DNA of 64,000 nucleotides from Geosiphon pyriformis uo1 (taxonomy: Eukaryota > Fungi > Glomeromycota), in NCBI GenBank assembly GCA_016748015.1, contig JAAOMT010000028.1, positions 62,001 through 126,000 of the forward strand. Reading direction: 5' to 3'. How positions within the stretch are numbered: position 1 is the stretch's first letter; every line of letters starts with the position of its first letter. Positions 12,893-25,595 of the stretch are shown here, piece after piece. Both the position numbers and the translations under genes were made by a program. The notes under the pieces are model-generated. The model did no database searches, had not been told where the DNA came from, and saw only the letters and a list, made by a program, of their open reading frames with translations.

Positions 12893-14537
12893 CAAATACA
12901 GTCTAATTACTATTTAACATACAAAAACAAATTAAATAAAACTAATTAAATATAATTTATATATTTACTACATATAATCAATTACTTAAGCCAATTAAAG
13001 CAATACTATATACTTATACAAAATTTTACATCATTTTTTGCACTTAAAAAAACAAATATGTCTTATATAAATCAAAACTAATAACAAATGACTTATCAAT
13101 ACCAAGCAAATAAACTACTTTAGTTAATAAAAAACCAGACTGATCATAAAAAATAACAGATATAATCTTGTTATTATTAACTAAACTATTTTTATTTATA
13201 TCTGTCTTAAACTTTAATTTAAATATTTATAGTTTTCTGTAATACTTTTTAACCAAATAGTAAACAAAATTAATCATTACCAACATAATTTTTTTCTTAC
13301 TACCAAAAACTGTCATTGTTTTATTAATTTACAAAACTTTTATACAAAACTGTATATATTTTAATATCAAAAACACATAAAAAAAGAGCATGCAATACTA
13401 ATAAAAATAACAGAAAACAAATTATTACCAAAGATTTTTGCAATTCTATGTAACTATACAAAATATCAGAATATGTAAAAGCATTTTTTAAACAAATAAA
13501 AGTATAATTAGACAATTTAACATTATTATACATTAAGCACAAAATGCTGTTATTCATAAAGAAAAAACAAATATAAAAAATAGTAAACCAATAAGGAAGT
13601 AGTAGTTAACATGTGAGCACATTGCTCAACAATGTGGAGCAATATTAGAAAATTAGGGCATATTGCTCAGCAATGTAAGTATTGCTCAAAAAATCATAGC
13701 ATATTGCTTGAGAATGTGAGCAATCTCATAGAACATAAATTTATGTATATATAGCAGTAGTATCAGAAACTAGAAAATTAGTCAATTAGACTCAAAATCA
13801 AGAAGACTAAGAGTCAGTAGAACTTTCAGAGTCAATTAGACTTGCAAGTCATAATTATTAAATACATTTTCTTTAAAAAATAAAATACTATAACTTGAAG
13901 TAAAATTACTTTCATATTAATGAAATTATCTATTATTTCAAAATCTATTTCCCACTATCAACACTTTATATTGATAGTAATTGATATTTAACCATACTAA
14001 AACAATAGCTCTTGATTATGGCTATTGATAAGATACTAATATTTATTGCCTTGGCTTATTTCTTATTTTTTTTTCTTGTTTTATTTTCTTTGTTGTTTGT
14101 TAATTTGATTAAAAAATTTACACATAGAGATATTGATGTTAAAATATAGCACTAGTAAAAGATCTAGGAATAAAAATAGACATTTGGGATTGAGAATATC
14201 TTACCAAGAAGATTACTGGTTATCATGCTGAAAAAAAATTGACAAAACTGCGGTTTTGGGAAGCTACAGATAAAACTATCAATTAAATCTCTGTTTATTA
14301 TACAAAAGATTCAACAAAAACCTTCAGAAACCAACATCATCAGCCATCAATTGAGCACCAAGTTACAGGTTTGTTATTTGCTTTAAGACTCCAAATAATT
14401 ATCTGTAACATTTAGTGCTTCTTGTAAGGTATAATCTAACAGAGAACCAGTACCAACAACAATCATGCAAGAAAGTAGCAGACCAAGAGAAAACAAGAGA
14501 AAATCACTTAGAATTTGTGAAATCTTTATTTTACCAT

Positions 14538-15395
14538 TATCATTGATAAATTTGTTAAAATTAAAACTCTGATTATTTAAGACCCAATCATTAAAAACCC
14601 TGAAAATTTGAAAATTACCATTAATAAATTCATTAAAACTTATTAAATTAAAACTCTATTTATTCAAAACCCAATCATTAAAACTCTAAACATTCAAAAC
14701 TTATCTTTGATAAATTTCTTAAAAACCCATTAAATTAAAACTCCAATTATTCAAGATTCAATTATTAAAAACCCCAAACATTCAAAAATTACCATTGATA
14801 AATTTGTTAAAACTCATTAAATTAAAACTTTGTTTATTCAAAACCCAAGTATTAAAATCCTGAATATTTGAAACTTATCTATGATAAAAAAACAAATCAT
14901 TAAATTCAAACTCCAATTATTTAAGACCCAATTGTTAAAACTCTAAACATTTGAAAATTACCATTAATAAACTTGTTAAAAACTCATTAAATTCAAACTC
15001 CGATTATTCAAAACCTGATTATTAAAACCCTGAACATTCAAAAATTACTGTTGATAAATTCATTAAAACTTGTTAAATTAAAAACTCTGATTATTCAAGA
15101 CCCAATCATTAAAACCCTGAACATTCAAAACTTACCATTGATAAATTTATTAAAAACTCATTAAATTCAAACTTCAATTATTTAAGACCTGATCATTAAA
15201 ACCCTAAACATTCAAAAATTACCATTGATAAACTCGTTAAAACTCATTAAATTAAAACTCCAATTATTCAAAATCTGATCATTAAAACCCCAAACATTCG
15301 AAACTTACTTTTGGTAAACTCATAAAAACTTATTAAAACTCCAATTATTCAAGAACTAATCATTCAAAAACCCAAACATTCAAAACCCAATAATT
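14538..15395 (+). repeat. Tandem array of about ten ~86-bp units inside element X
   Basis: Unit like ACCATTGATAAATTCGTTAAAACTCATTAAATTAAAACTCCAATTATTCAAGACCCAATCATTAAAACCCTGAACATTCAAAAATT recurs at ~14540, 14617, 14703, 14791, 14877, 14960, 15047, 15134, 15221 and 15307. Confidence 0.88.
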
Positions 15396-15899
15396 CCAAC
15401 TCTACTATTATACAAAAAAACTTATTGTCAATAAAACTTGTTAAATTTTTAGCAATTCAAACTCTGGGAATTATTCAAAAACCCAAACATTCGAAGTTTG
15501 ATAAATTCCAAACACTGCTATCATACAAGAAAACTTATCTCTGATAGCCCAATAAAACCTAATTCTCACAGTACCAATAAATTAGCAAAACTTATCTGAC
15601 AGTTCTAAGTTAGAATATTGAAATGTAGTTACAATTCACTTTCATGTGTCATATATTTAAAGAAGAACCAATTAGCAAGAACAAATGGGAATCGGAATTG
15701 AAACTTAATCCCAATTCAAACTTCACTAATGACAGCAACAATTTAAACTTTGTTAATGACAGCAATAATCCAAACTCTGCTGATGACAACAACAATTCAA
15801 ACACCACTAATGACAACAATGATTTAAACTCCACTAATAACAATAATAATTCAAATTCCACCAACAACAATTCAAACTCCACTTTAAATACTGAATGAT

Positions 15900-16105
15900 A
15901 TATCATGCTTCTAGATCTTACAATGGAGCAGAAATTAACTAAATTCAGTAATAATAATGAGAGCATTATGTCTGAACATGCACATAATACAGATGCAAGA
16001 TTTGAATGTAAATATTCTAAACAGATTACTATAGTTAAAAACTCCAGTCATGTATAAAATTAGATTTACAAATAGCAATAGAAATTACAGCAACAACATT
16101 GATAC
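15900..16105 (+). pseudogene. dUTPase N-terminal fragment in element X
   Basis: Translates LDLTMEQKLTKFSNNNESIMSEHAHNTDARFECKY...DLQIAIEI, matching RPEKAHEIDARYDLKY...NLKIALKI of element C. Confidence 0.7.
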
Positions 16106-19100
16106 AAAAGAGAGATTTAGAAGATTTTGATAAAGCTTAATATTAAAAGAAGAAGATAATGTTACTTATAAAGAAAAAACAGATATAGAAAATAATAAAC
16201 CAATAAGGGAGTAGTAGTTAGCATGTGAGCATATTGCTTAGCAATATGAAGCAATATCAGAAATTACAGCACATTGCTTAACAATATGAAGCAATGTTAA
16301 AAATTAGAGCACATTGCTTAAAAAATTAGAGCACATTGCTTGGAAATATGAGCAATCTTGTAGAACATAAATTTATGTATATATAGCAGTAGTATCAGAA
16401 GCTAGAAAATTAGTCAATTAGACTTAAAGTCAAGAAGACTGAAAGTCAATAAGACTCTTAGAGTCAATTAGACTCATAGATCATAATTATTAAATATCCT
16501 TCTTTTAAAAGATAGAATACTATAACTTGAAGTAAAATCACTTTTATATTAATAAAATTATTTATTATCTCAAAATCTATTCCCTACTATTAACACTTTA
16601 TGTTGATAATAATTGATATTTAACCATACTGAAACAATAGCTCTTGATCACAGCTATTGATAAGATACTAACATTTATTGCCTTGGCTTATTTCTTATTT
16701 TTTTTTCTTGTTTTATTTTTTTTGTTGTTTGTTAACTTAATTAAAGAATTTACATGCAGAGATACTGACATCAGAATATAGCACTAGTAAAAAACCCAGG
16801 AATAAGAGTAGACACTCGGAATTGAGAATATTTTACCAGGAGGATTACCAGCCATTATGCTGAGAAAAAAATTGACGAAACTGCAGTTTTGGAAAGCTAC
16901 AGATAAAACTATTAATTGAATCTCTGTTTATTATACAAAAGACTTAACAAAAACCTTCAGATCATGAAAATCTTCAGAAACCAACATCATCAGCTATCAA
17001 TTGAGCACCAAGTTATTTGCTTTAAGACCCCAAATAATCACTTGTAACAATACTTAAATAATTTCTATTATAAAGTTTTTTTTTAACTGCAATCAACAGT
17101 TTCTTATATACTGCTTTTATTAAATATGTGTAAAAAACAGCTAAAGTTCTGCTAGTAAAACCAAAAAACATATAAGAATTTGGATGCCAAGCTATAATAA
17201 TACAAACTTAGTCTATATTCCAGATGAATGAATTATTTAAAATATTTACACCAAAATCTGCTTCTTATTAAGCATAATGAATAAACCAAAGAACAAAATA
17301 ATAAGTATTGTCTAAAACAACCAAACTATTTGTCACAATAAATTTTTTTTGAACTTTTATAGATAAAACCAAATAAAACTGTACTGTATCACATACAAAA
17401 ACATCTACTCAGTTATTTTCAGTATTTTTCTAATGTTTTTTAATCTTTATTTATCTAAATACAATGTTTTTTGACTTAATAAAATTAGCCACACAATGTC
17501 TTTTTACTCAACACTTATTTCTAAAATCTGGTATATAAAGCTAGAATTGTAAATACATGTATTTATAGCCACTTAGCAGTTCATATATAGAAATACTAAA
17601 CAAAAAAAACACATTTTAAAGCCAAAACAATTGCTTATAATTCTAATATTATTAAAAACAACAATTTATGTATTCTAATGTCTATATTTATTTTAACTTC
17701 TAAAAAATAAACTGCTGTCTTATTAGCTATCTCTACAATATTCAAACTTTTTAATAAGCTATTAATGTAAATATTTATTGTCTTTGTTTATAACTTATGT
17801 AAACATTTTTTAATATTTACAAAGTTTTTTAAATTAAAAAAATCTGAACAGTCAAAGCTAAAGACAATTTTATTAGTATTAACAAAAAAATTACTCATGT
17901 ATATTAATGCTTTATTAAACTATATTAATACCAAATCTTTAGAACTTAATTTTTTTTAATAACAAAAAGTTTTTTAATTCATAATCAAATCATGTTTGTT
18001 TAACAATCTGTTTCCAAAAATCATACCAGAACATTTTAATAAACCTACTACCTCAAAGTAACAAAAATCACCCAAAATTTTGAATATTAGATAGTAATTA
18101 GACTTTTAGAATACATTAAACAAATTGTTGACAAAAAAAATTTTGGTATTTAAAAATATTTTTATTACATCTGCTAAAAAATTATTTACAGAACTGACTC
18201 TTAACTTGACTAAAAACTACAATGAGTTTATAAGAGCCCAATTTAGAATTTGTAAATCCAAAAATTAGTGCTTAAACAACTAACCAAAAATCTCTATTGT
18301 ATTAGCAAAACCAATCACAAAAGCCACTTTCATCTCTATTTGTATTTGTTTAAAAGACTTCAATCCATATAAAAATAGATAATACAAAGTCTTATTAAAA
18401 AAATTTCTTAACAAATTGGCCTTAAATTTAAGTTTCTTCCTTATTATAACATTTTATTTTTAATACACATCCTTAAACATAAAGCTAAACTATATACAGT
18501 AATTAATTATGAACTGCAAAACTATTAACACCAAATATAAAAACTATTTGTTTGACAATGCTTTCTTAAAAACCACATTTGAGAAAAATCTAATATCTGA
18601 ATATATTTTGGCAAAACTTGGCTTTAACATATTTTTTATTGACAAAAAAATGCTCAAATACTTATGAAATTTGCCATGCTTAGCAATAAATATTGGCAGT
18701 TCACTAATATGTAAAAAAAACATTTAAAACTCTCTAATTAATAAAAATAGTTACTATTTTGTTATTGTTAATAAAAATATTATTGATCTCAAAAAATTCA
18801 CTAGCAATGTCTAAAATATATCAAGTTAAGACTTGGCTATTTTCAATCCAAATTGTGTTATCAACAAAAACACTAGCCATAAAAAATAAAAATTTTTCTT
18901 CATTAATTTCTATCCTGCCTGTTTTAACTACAAGATTTGTATTAATTTTATATTTATATAAGTATTTATGTCTTTTAATTTTACATAATAGAAGATTATA
19001 AAATTTTTTCCATAAAAGTAATAAAAAAACTTTATTCTAATTTAGTTTATTATGTACTATTACTCATAGTAATTAGAAGTATTGTATAATTAGAAGATTA

Positions 19101-20557
19101 GCCAATCAGAAGTAGGTGTAGAAACAGAAGAATTCCAGAATTTCTTTAAAGAAATTGCAGAATTCCAGAATTCCAGAATTTTTTGTAAGAAATCACAGAA
19201 TTCCAAAATTTCAGAAATCTCATATAACACCAACTATGTATATATAGTAGTAACATTAAAAGCAAGAAAAGTATTCAGAATTCAGTTTAAATTCAATTAA
19301 ATATACTTTTTTTACCTATTTATTAATTTTTACTTTATAAATAGTAATATTAATTGAAGTGAATTTATCAAAAATATTCAATAAAACATACTTATTATTA
19401 TCTAATCTATATTATTATCATTTGATTGAGAATCTCTATCATTCATTTGTTATCAACACTTTATGTTAATAACACTCAATACTTAATTATACTGAAACAA
19501 TAGTTTTTGATTATGACTATTGACAAAATACTAATTTTTATTTTATTTTCTTATTTTTTTATTTTTTTTTATTTTTTTGTTGTTTGTTATTTACTAATTA
19601 ATTTAAGAAATTAAGTGCTGATTAATTAATATTAAGAATAGTCTAGTAAAAGATCCAAAAATAAGAGTTGTTATGAGATGGTTTTCTTGGTATATTTAAT
19701 TGCTGATATCCTGTCTTAATTGCAATCAGTTTCTTGTGAGTTTCTTAATTCTAATTGTATAATAATGTTGGTATTTAGGCTGCTGGTTTCTTTTTGATGT
19801 CCTGATGTAAGCTATTTTTCAATCTCTGATTGTTGTATGTGTTTATGTACTCTTTCTCAGAGACTAAGCTGAAATCTACCCGTTGTTTGGGGTCTTTTCT
19901 GAAGCTATTCTTGCAATTGTTTGGTGTGTTTCTCTAATCTAGAAACACGGAATATTAATGGCCTTTAATGCTTTTTCTAATTCTTCTTATTCAGTTTTTA
20001 TCAATTAGTAGTTATGTGAATAATTTTGATCAGGGATTATTCTTTTAAGAAATTCAACTGATAAATGATAGTTTTATTCAATAATTAACACAAGTGAGTT
20101 TCTTACTACTTTGGAGGTTGTGATAATTTAGTTTTAAATATTCTTTTTCATTTCTTTTTGATTTAAAGGTTTCTTGGGATATTTAATTTAAAGGTACGAT
20201 TTAAAGTAGAATTTGTTGGATAAATTAGATCTATTGCTTGATAAGTTATGATTTTTATTACTTGATTGACTTTTCTCAATATTAAAGCTACTGTATATAT
20301 ACATGTTTGTAGTTCTATGAGAAAACACATTGTAATACTTTCTTTTTGATATTTCAACCTGGTGTTTGCTACTATTATCAGTTGATGTTGACTGCTATTG
20401 TGAACTGGTGCTTGCCACTATTGCAAGATGGTGTTTTGTTACTATGTTAATCATTACCTTTCTAAGATTATTACTGTGCTATATTATGATTAAATAGTTT
20501 ATATTATCTTTATAATTTTTTTGTTAAATTCTTAAACCATAACATTATCCCCTTCTT

Positions 20558-20773
20558 TCAAGATTGAGCTTTGTTGAAATTGAAGTTAATTTCTTCATTA
20601 AATTCTAAGTTACTATAGTGGCCCAATACTGTGTTATTAATTTGTTGTTGTAATTCTTGAAATTGCAAGTTGGTAAGTCGTTCAATACTGTTGATTGTTA
20701 TTATGTTTATAGTTGGGTCCAACAATAGTTTGTGACAGTTTTTAAATGCTTTGAAAATTCTGTAAACTGTTTT
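20558..20773 (-). pseudogene. C-terminal part of the extra ORF (ORF3) of element B, fused to the integrase HHCC start
   Basis: MHSNIHSGHFG joins directly to KTVYRIFKAF...IERLTNLQFQEL, which resembles AAFRLYDLF...ISKLTELKFQQF of element C ORF3. Confidence 0.65.
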
Positions 20774-23700
20774 TCCAAAGTGGCCTGAATGAATATTTGA
20801 GTGCATATTAAATAAGATAGTTTTTTTTTATCTGTGGTTATAACTCTTAATGGATTATCTGGATTTTGTCAATTCTGGTAATAAAGTATGTGATTTGAAT
20901 GAAATAGTGTTTTGCTAATTTTTGGAGCTTAATTAGCTCTTTTACTGGCATTTTTTTATCTATTTGTAATGTTTCCAAGTATTGGCTGAGGTTTTTGTAA
21001 AGGTAGTTGTTTATTGTTGTTGTAGCAGGTGGGTTGGTAATTTTTATGTGTGTCTTATTCTTAACAAACAGTTAGCATTAACATTTTTGGTACCTTCTTT
21101 GTATTTGATAATATAATCATATGGTGCTAATGTTTGTAATCATCTGGCATATTTTTCTTTTAGCACTTTTTTGTTATTTAACCAGACCAGACCTTTATGA
21201 TCTGTAGTAATCTCAAAGGATTGGTACCATAAATATGTGTCAAAGTGAACACAACTCCAGACTACTGCTAAGCATTCAAGTTTGTGTGCTGCATAGTTTT
21301 GCTCTGCCATACTGAAACTTTTGCTGACATAAGCAATTACACGTTCTCTTCCATTATCATTTTTTTGTAACAGAATGGTTCCAAGTTTAGTTTCAGAGGC
21401 ATCTGTGACCAAAATGAATTTTTTTTTAAAATTTGGATAGATCATTATTGGTGATTCAATAAACTTTTGTCCAAGGTACTCAAAAGCTTTTTGTTATGCT
21501 TTAGTCCATTCAAATTTCACATTTTTGGATAGTAGATAATTAAGGGGTTTGGCGATGTTTGAAAAGTTTTTTACAAAGTGGCAGTAGTAAGATGCAAGTC
21601 CTAAAAAGCTTCTAACTTTTGAAACATTTTGAGGTACTGGAAAATTTTTCACTTTGTCTATTTTTAATGGATCTGGTTTTATTCCATTTTTTCCAACTAT
21701 GTGTCCTAAAAATGCTAGCTCATTTTTTCAAAAGAAACATTTTTCTAGATTTAGTTTAAGTTCAGTGTGTTTTAATCTCTCAAAAACTTGTTGCAAATGT
21801 TGGAGATAATCCATAAATTTTGACAAGAAAACATTTGTATTGTTCAAGTAAACAACAACAGATTGCCACAGAATTCTGGAGTAAATTACATCCATTAATC
21901 TTTGGAATGTTGTGAGAATGTTTGTCAATCCAAATAGCATTACATTGAACTCATAATTGCTATTTTGTGTTGTGAATGCTGTTTTATGCCTGTCTTTTGG
22001 GTTCATTTCCACTTGTCAGTATCCACTGGTCAAGTCCAGTGTAGAAAACCATTTTGCTCCTTCAAAAATGTCGATAATTTCGTCAATTAATGGTATTGGG
22101 TATGAGTCTTTGGTTGTTTTGCTGTTTAGTTTGCAATAGTTGATGCAAAATCTAATTTTTCTGTTCTTTTTCTTTATTAAAACAACTGGTAAGAACCATG
22201 GGCTCATTGATGGTTGGATTATTTCTTTTTCCAACATGCTTTGGACTTCTTCTCTGATAAAATTATGCTTCATTGGTGGGACACAGTAAGTGCATTGTTT
22301 TTCAAGTCTGGTGTTTCCAGTAGAGATTTGGTGTTGAACCAAGTTGGTTCTTCCAAATTCGCCATTTTATAAAAATATATTAGAGTATTTTAAAATTAAT
22401 GCTTTTAATTGTTACTGTTGGTCAGAATCCATTGTTCCAATGTTTAATTTGGCCAATTTTTCTGGTGTAAATTGATAGAATTCCAATGGTTGTTGCCAAT
22501 TTATTGAAGTGAGTTTACAGTATAAGGCAATTTCTGGAAAATTTAGAATTTTTTGTAGTGTTAATGTGTTTTTTAGCTTCATTCTGAGGTATTCAATGAT
22601 GGTATCTTCCGGAATGTAGATGGATTCTTTTGTGGTATTTGCAATAGAAATTTTTATCCATTGAGCTTTATTAGCTGGAATAAAAAGATTAGTAAGTCCT
22701 ATAAAAAACTTTTGGCAAGTTTCTGGATAGGACTCAAATATTAGGTCTTTTTCTTTAATTGTCTTTTTTATTCTTATTTCTGATTTTCTATATGGTAGAA
22801 GTATAATAGACTGCTCAGTTTTAATTACTTCATCTTTTTTCTTTATTGTTTCAGTGAAATTCACTTCAATTCCTTTTCTTGTCGATCCAAAACCAAAAGT
22901 TTCTCTCGTTGTTTGTAACAATTTCTCACGATTTTCCACTGGCACAAATTTCTCAATTTTTACCAATAGTAGAAAAATTGCTTGTGCAATTTTTTTTTTA
23001 GATTCAATGGTATAAGACTTTTCTGAATTGTTCTGTAGCAAAGCCATTAAATTTCCAGTGTATTCAGAGTCAATTACTCTTTCTTGAATGCTTATTCTTT
23101 TTTTTGCGAGGCTTGATCACAACACTATTTGAATCATTGTTTCTGGTGAAATTTCAACCACTATTTTCAGGTCGATTTTGGTAATGCTCCTGGATGGTAA
23201 TATTGTGGATTTGTCTTTCAGATAACATAGATCAAATTTGGCATCAGTTGGATGGGCTCTTTTGGGTATTATTCTTAAGTGCCTATTGTCAAAGTATTAG
23301 ATATCAATCATCTGTTCTAGGTTAGTATAAGCTATAAATTTTTCTAACCTGGGACCATCAGATGAGTTTTGTTGATTTATTGATTGATTTTGAGACTGCT
23401 GATTCTCAATTTCCATTTTTCTTTCTAAGTTTCTTTTATCTTAACACTCTTCACAGCACTAATTTTGGCATGGGATAAGACAGTTTTTGCAGAGATAAGT
23501 GTTGATTTGGATGAGGTATTGTTCTTACTCTTGTCAAGTGGGACATAGTTGTTAGTAGTAGTTCTGGAATTTGTCTACTGAATCAAATATGTTGTAGCTG
23601 GTGACTTTGTCAGCTATTTTGGCTGACTCTTTCCAATGTTATATTTTTTCAGTGGTTTCTCTTCTTACTTTGGTCTGTGCGGTGTTGTACAACTCGTCCT

Positions 23701-25577
23701 TGTTGTGTGGGTAGTGCTGTAGTCTTTTTAACATTCTGTTGAATGCTACTTCAAATGGCATTCCTCCTCTTATCTAGTTACAGATGAGGATTGTATATTG
23801 GCAAGTTGTGTCATATGTTCTTTTTCTGCCTGGTATGTTGTTCTAGTTGTACCCTCTTGGTAATGGTTTTCCACAAGCAAGACATGGTTCCTTATCCCAT
23901 TTTCCATGTCTTTTTGAGTAACCATATTTTTTTTTGTTACAATGGTTACAATAGTAGTGGGTGGGATTTCTTGGGTCTTTGTCTGGTGTGCTGCACACAG
24001 TCATAGATAAGAGTTTCTTCTTGCAAACCAAGCATTCTAGCTTTGGTCTGTGTTGCTGGTGGTTTTTTCATGAACTTACCTGGTTCCATTCGGATCTTTC
24101 TTCACTGGTTCATGTTAATATGGCTGGTAGTTCTGTTCTTTAGTCATCAGTCCAAGAGAGCTGATAGGTTTTAATGACTGATAATGCTGGATTTTACTTA
24201 AATTCAAAGGTAAGTCTTTGGTTGGTGCTGGGTTTTTAGAAGTGGCCATAGGTGGCTGGAATTCTGGCCTGGTGGTCATTATAATTGATCAAAAGCTCTT
24301 GGGTGATCCTAGTCTAGGGTGGCATTGGCTTTTGTTAGCCAGTTATTTCCTATTAATGCTTGATATTATGTAACGTCCATTATTAATACTTTTGTATGTA
24401 TTACTATGCTGTTAATTTCAAAAAGAAATGAGTCAATTTCACTATAAGGCAGCTTTGTACTTCTATCGGCTGTTATAATTTGAGATGTTGTAACACAATC
24501 AACTTTGAAACCCAGTTGGTTTACTAATTAAAGCATTACAATGTTTCCAGCAAATCTACTATCCAAAATAAGTTTGATTGAGGTATTGTTTACAGTGATT
24601 TCCATTGTTATCAGTAGAATTTTAGCTATTAATTAGCATAAAATTACTCTTATAATTCCTATAATTAATTAGTATATTAATATCATTTCAAATTATCATT
24701 TATTATTTAATCAATTATTACATATTATGATTCAATTAAAATAATCTAATTAGTATAACAGAAAGTAGAATGATCAAATTACACAATACTCTGAACTTTG
24801 TAACATTCTAAAATTCGCCAAAATTTACCGAAATTTATAAGAAATTCGCCGAAATTATGAATAGTTCACTCAAATTAATCAATAGTTTAGCGAAATAACT
24901 TGTAGTTCATCAAAATGTATCTTTAGTTCACCAAAATTTAAGCAAAGAGAAAAAGTGCAAGTTCATAGACTAGTACTACAACAAGTTGTATAAAAGAAGA
25001 GCTTTTTTTTTCAAGAAAATATATCTTACTTTAGATTTATCACTTAGAACCATTCCTACACACACAAAAAAAAATAAATATCAAATAATTTGAAAAACCA
25101 AATTCTTTAATTATTGCACTTGGAAAATCCTCAAAACCCAACTAACGTTTTAAAATTGATTAGCTACCAATTTCAGTAAACTGTTAGTGACTCTAGGCCT
25201 GAATAGAAAACGTTTCCCTTGATAAAATTCTATTTCTTTTACATTTCTTTTATTTTTCTTTCTTTTCTTATTGCAATCATTAAGATAGCCTACAGACAAG
25301 ATTCCTGTAGAAGAGTTGACTTTCACAGCAAAGTAACTACACATTTTTAGTGAGCTTCCAGATGAGCAATTCCTGGGAAAAAGTTGATGTTTACTACAAC
25401 ATAACTACATAAAGTAACTGATAAGGAATTGGCCATTCCACTTATAAGCCCAGCAGTTCAAATTATAAGAAATAATTTGAAGATAAATTCAGTAATTGGA
25501 GGTTTAACTACTTCTAGAAAACATAAATTTGCAGTTACAACATTCAAAAAAAAAGACCAAAAACCTTCAGTAACATT

Positions 25578-25595
25578 TGGTGCTCTTCCATGGAA
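25578..25595 (+). promoter_or_regulatory. Primer-binding site of element C
   Basis: Reverse complement TT-CCATG-GAAGAGC-A-CCA parses as T-loop end, T-stem, acceptor stem, discriminator and CCA of a tRNA. Confidence 0.8.

Larger units (their letters stand above)
13548..17049 (+). mobile_element. Non-autonomous LTR retroelement X (3.5 kb; deletion derivative of a dUTPase-bearing Gypsy)
   Basis: LTRs 13548-14410 and 16160-17049 (TGTTA...TAACA). TSD ATGC/ATAC. PBS-like TAGTGCTTCTTGTAAGG follows the 5' LTR, and an eroded PPT AAAAGAAGAAGATAA precedes the 3' LTR. The interior has a tandem array and a dUTPase N-terminal remnant. Confidence 0.85.

Noticed and set aside
13995-14040. Hammerhead ribozyme (retrozyme) in the LTRs (GAAAC...hairpin...TGAYRAG)
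   Set aside because: No CUGANGA core and no stem I/II arrangement.
14538-15395. CRISPR-like array
   Set aside because: Units are contiguous with no unique spacers, there are no cas genes, and it lies inside a eukaryotic LTR element.
20163-20357. ORF duplicated at 37194-37409
   Set aside because: Chance frames within the two LTRs of element B.
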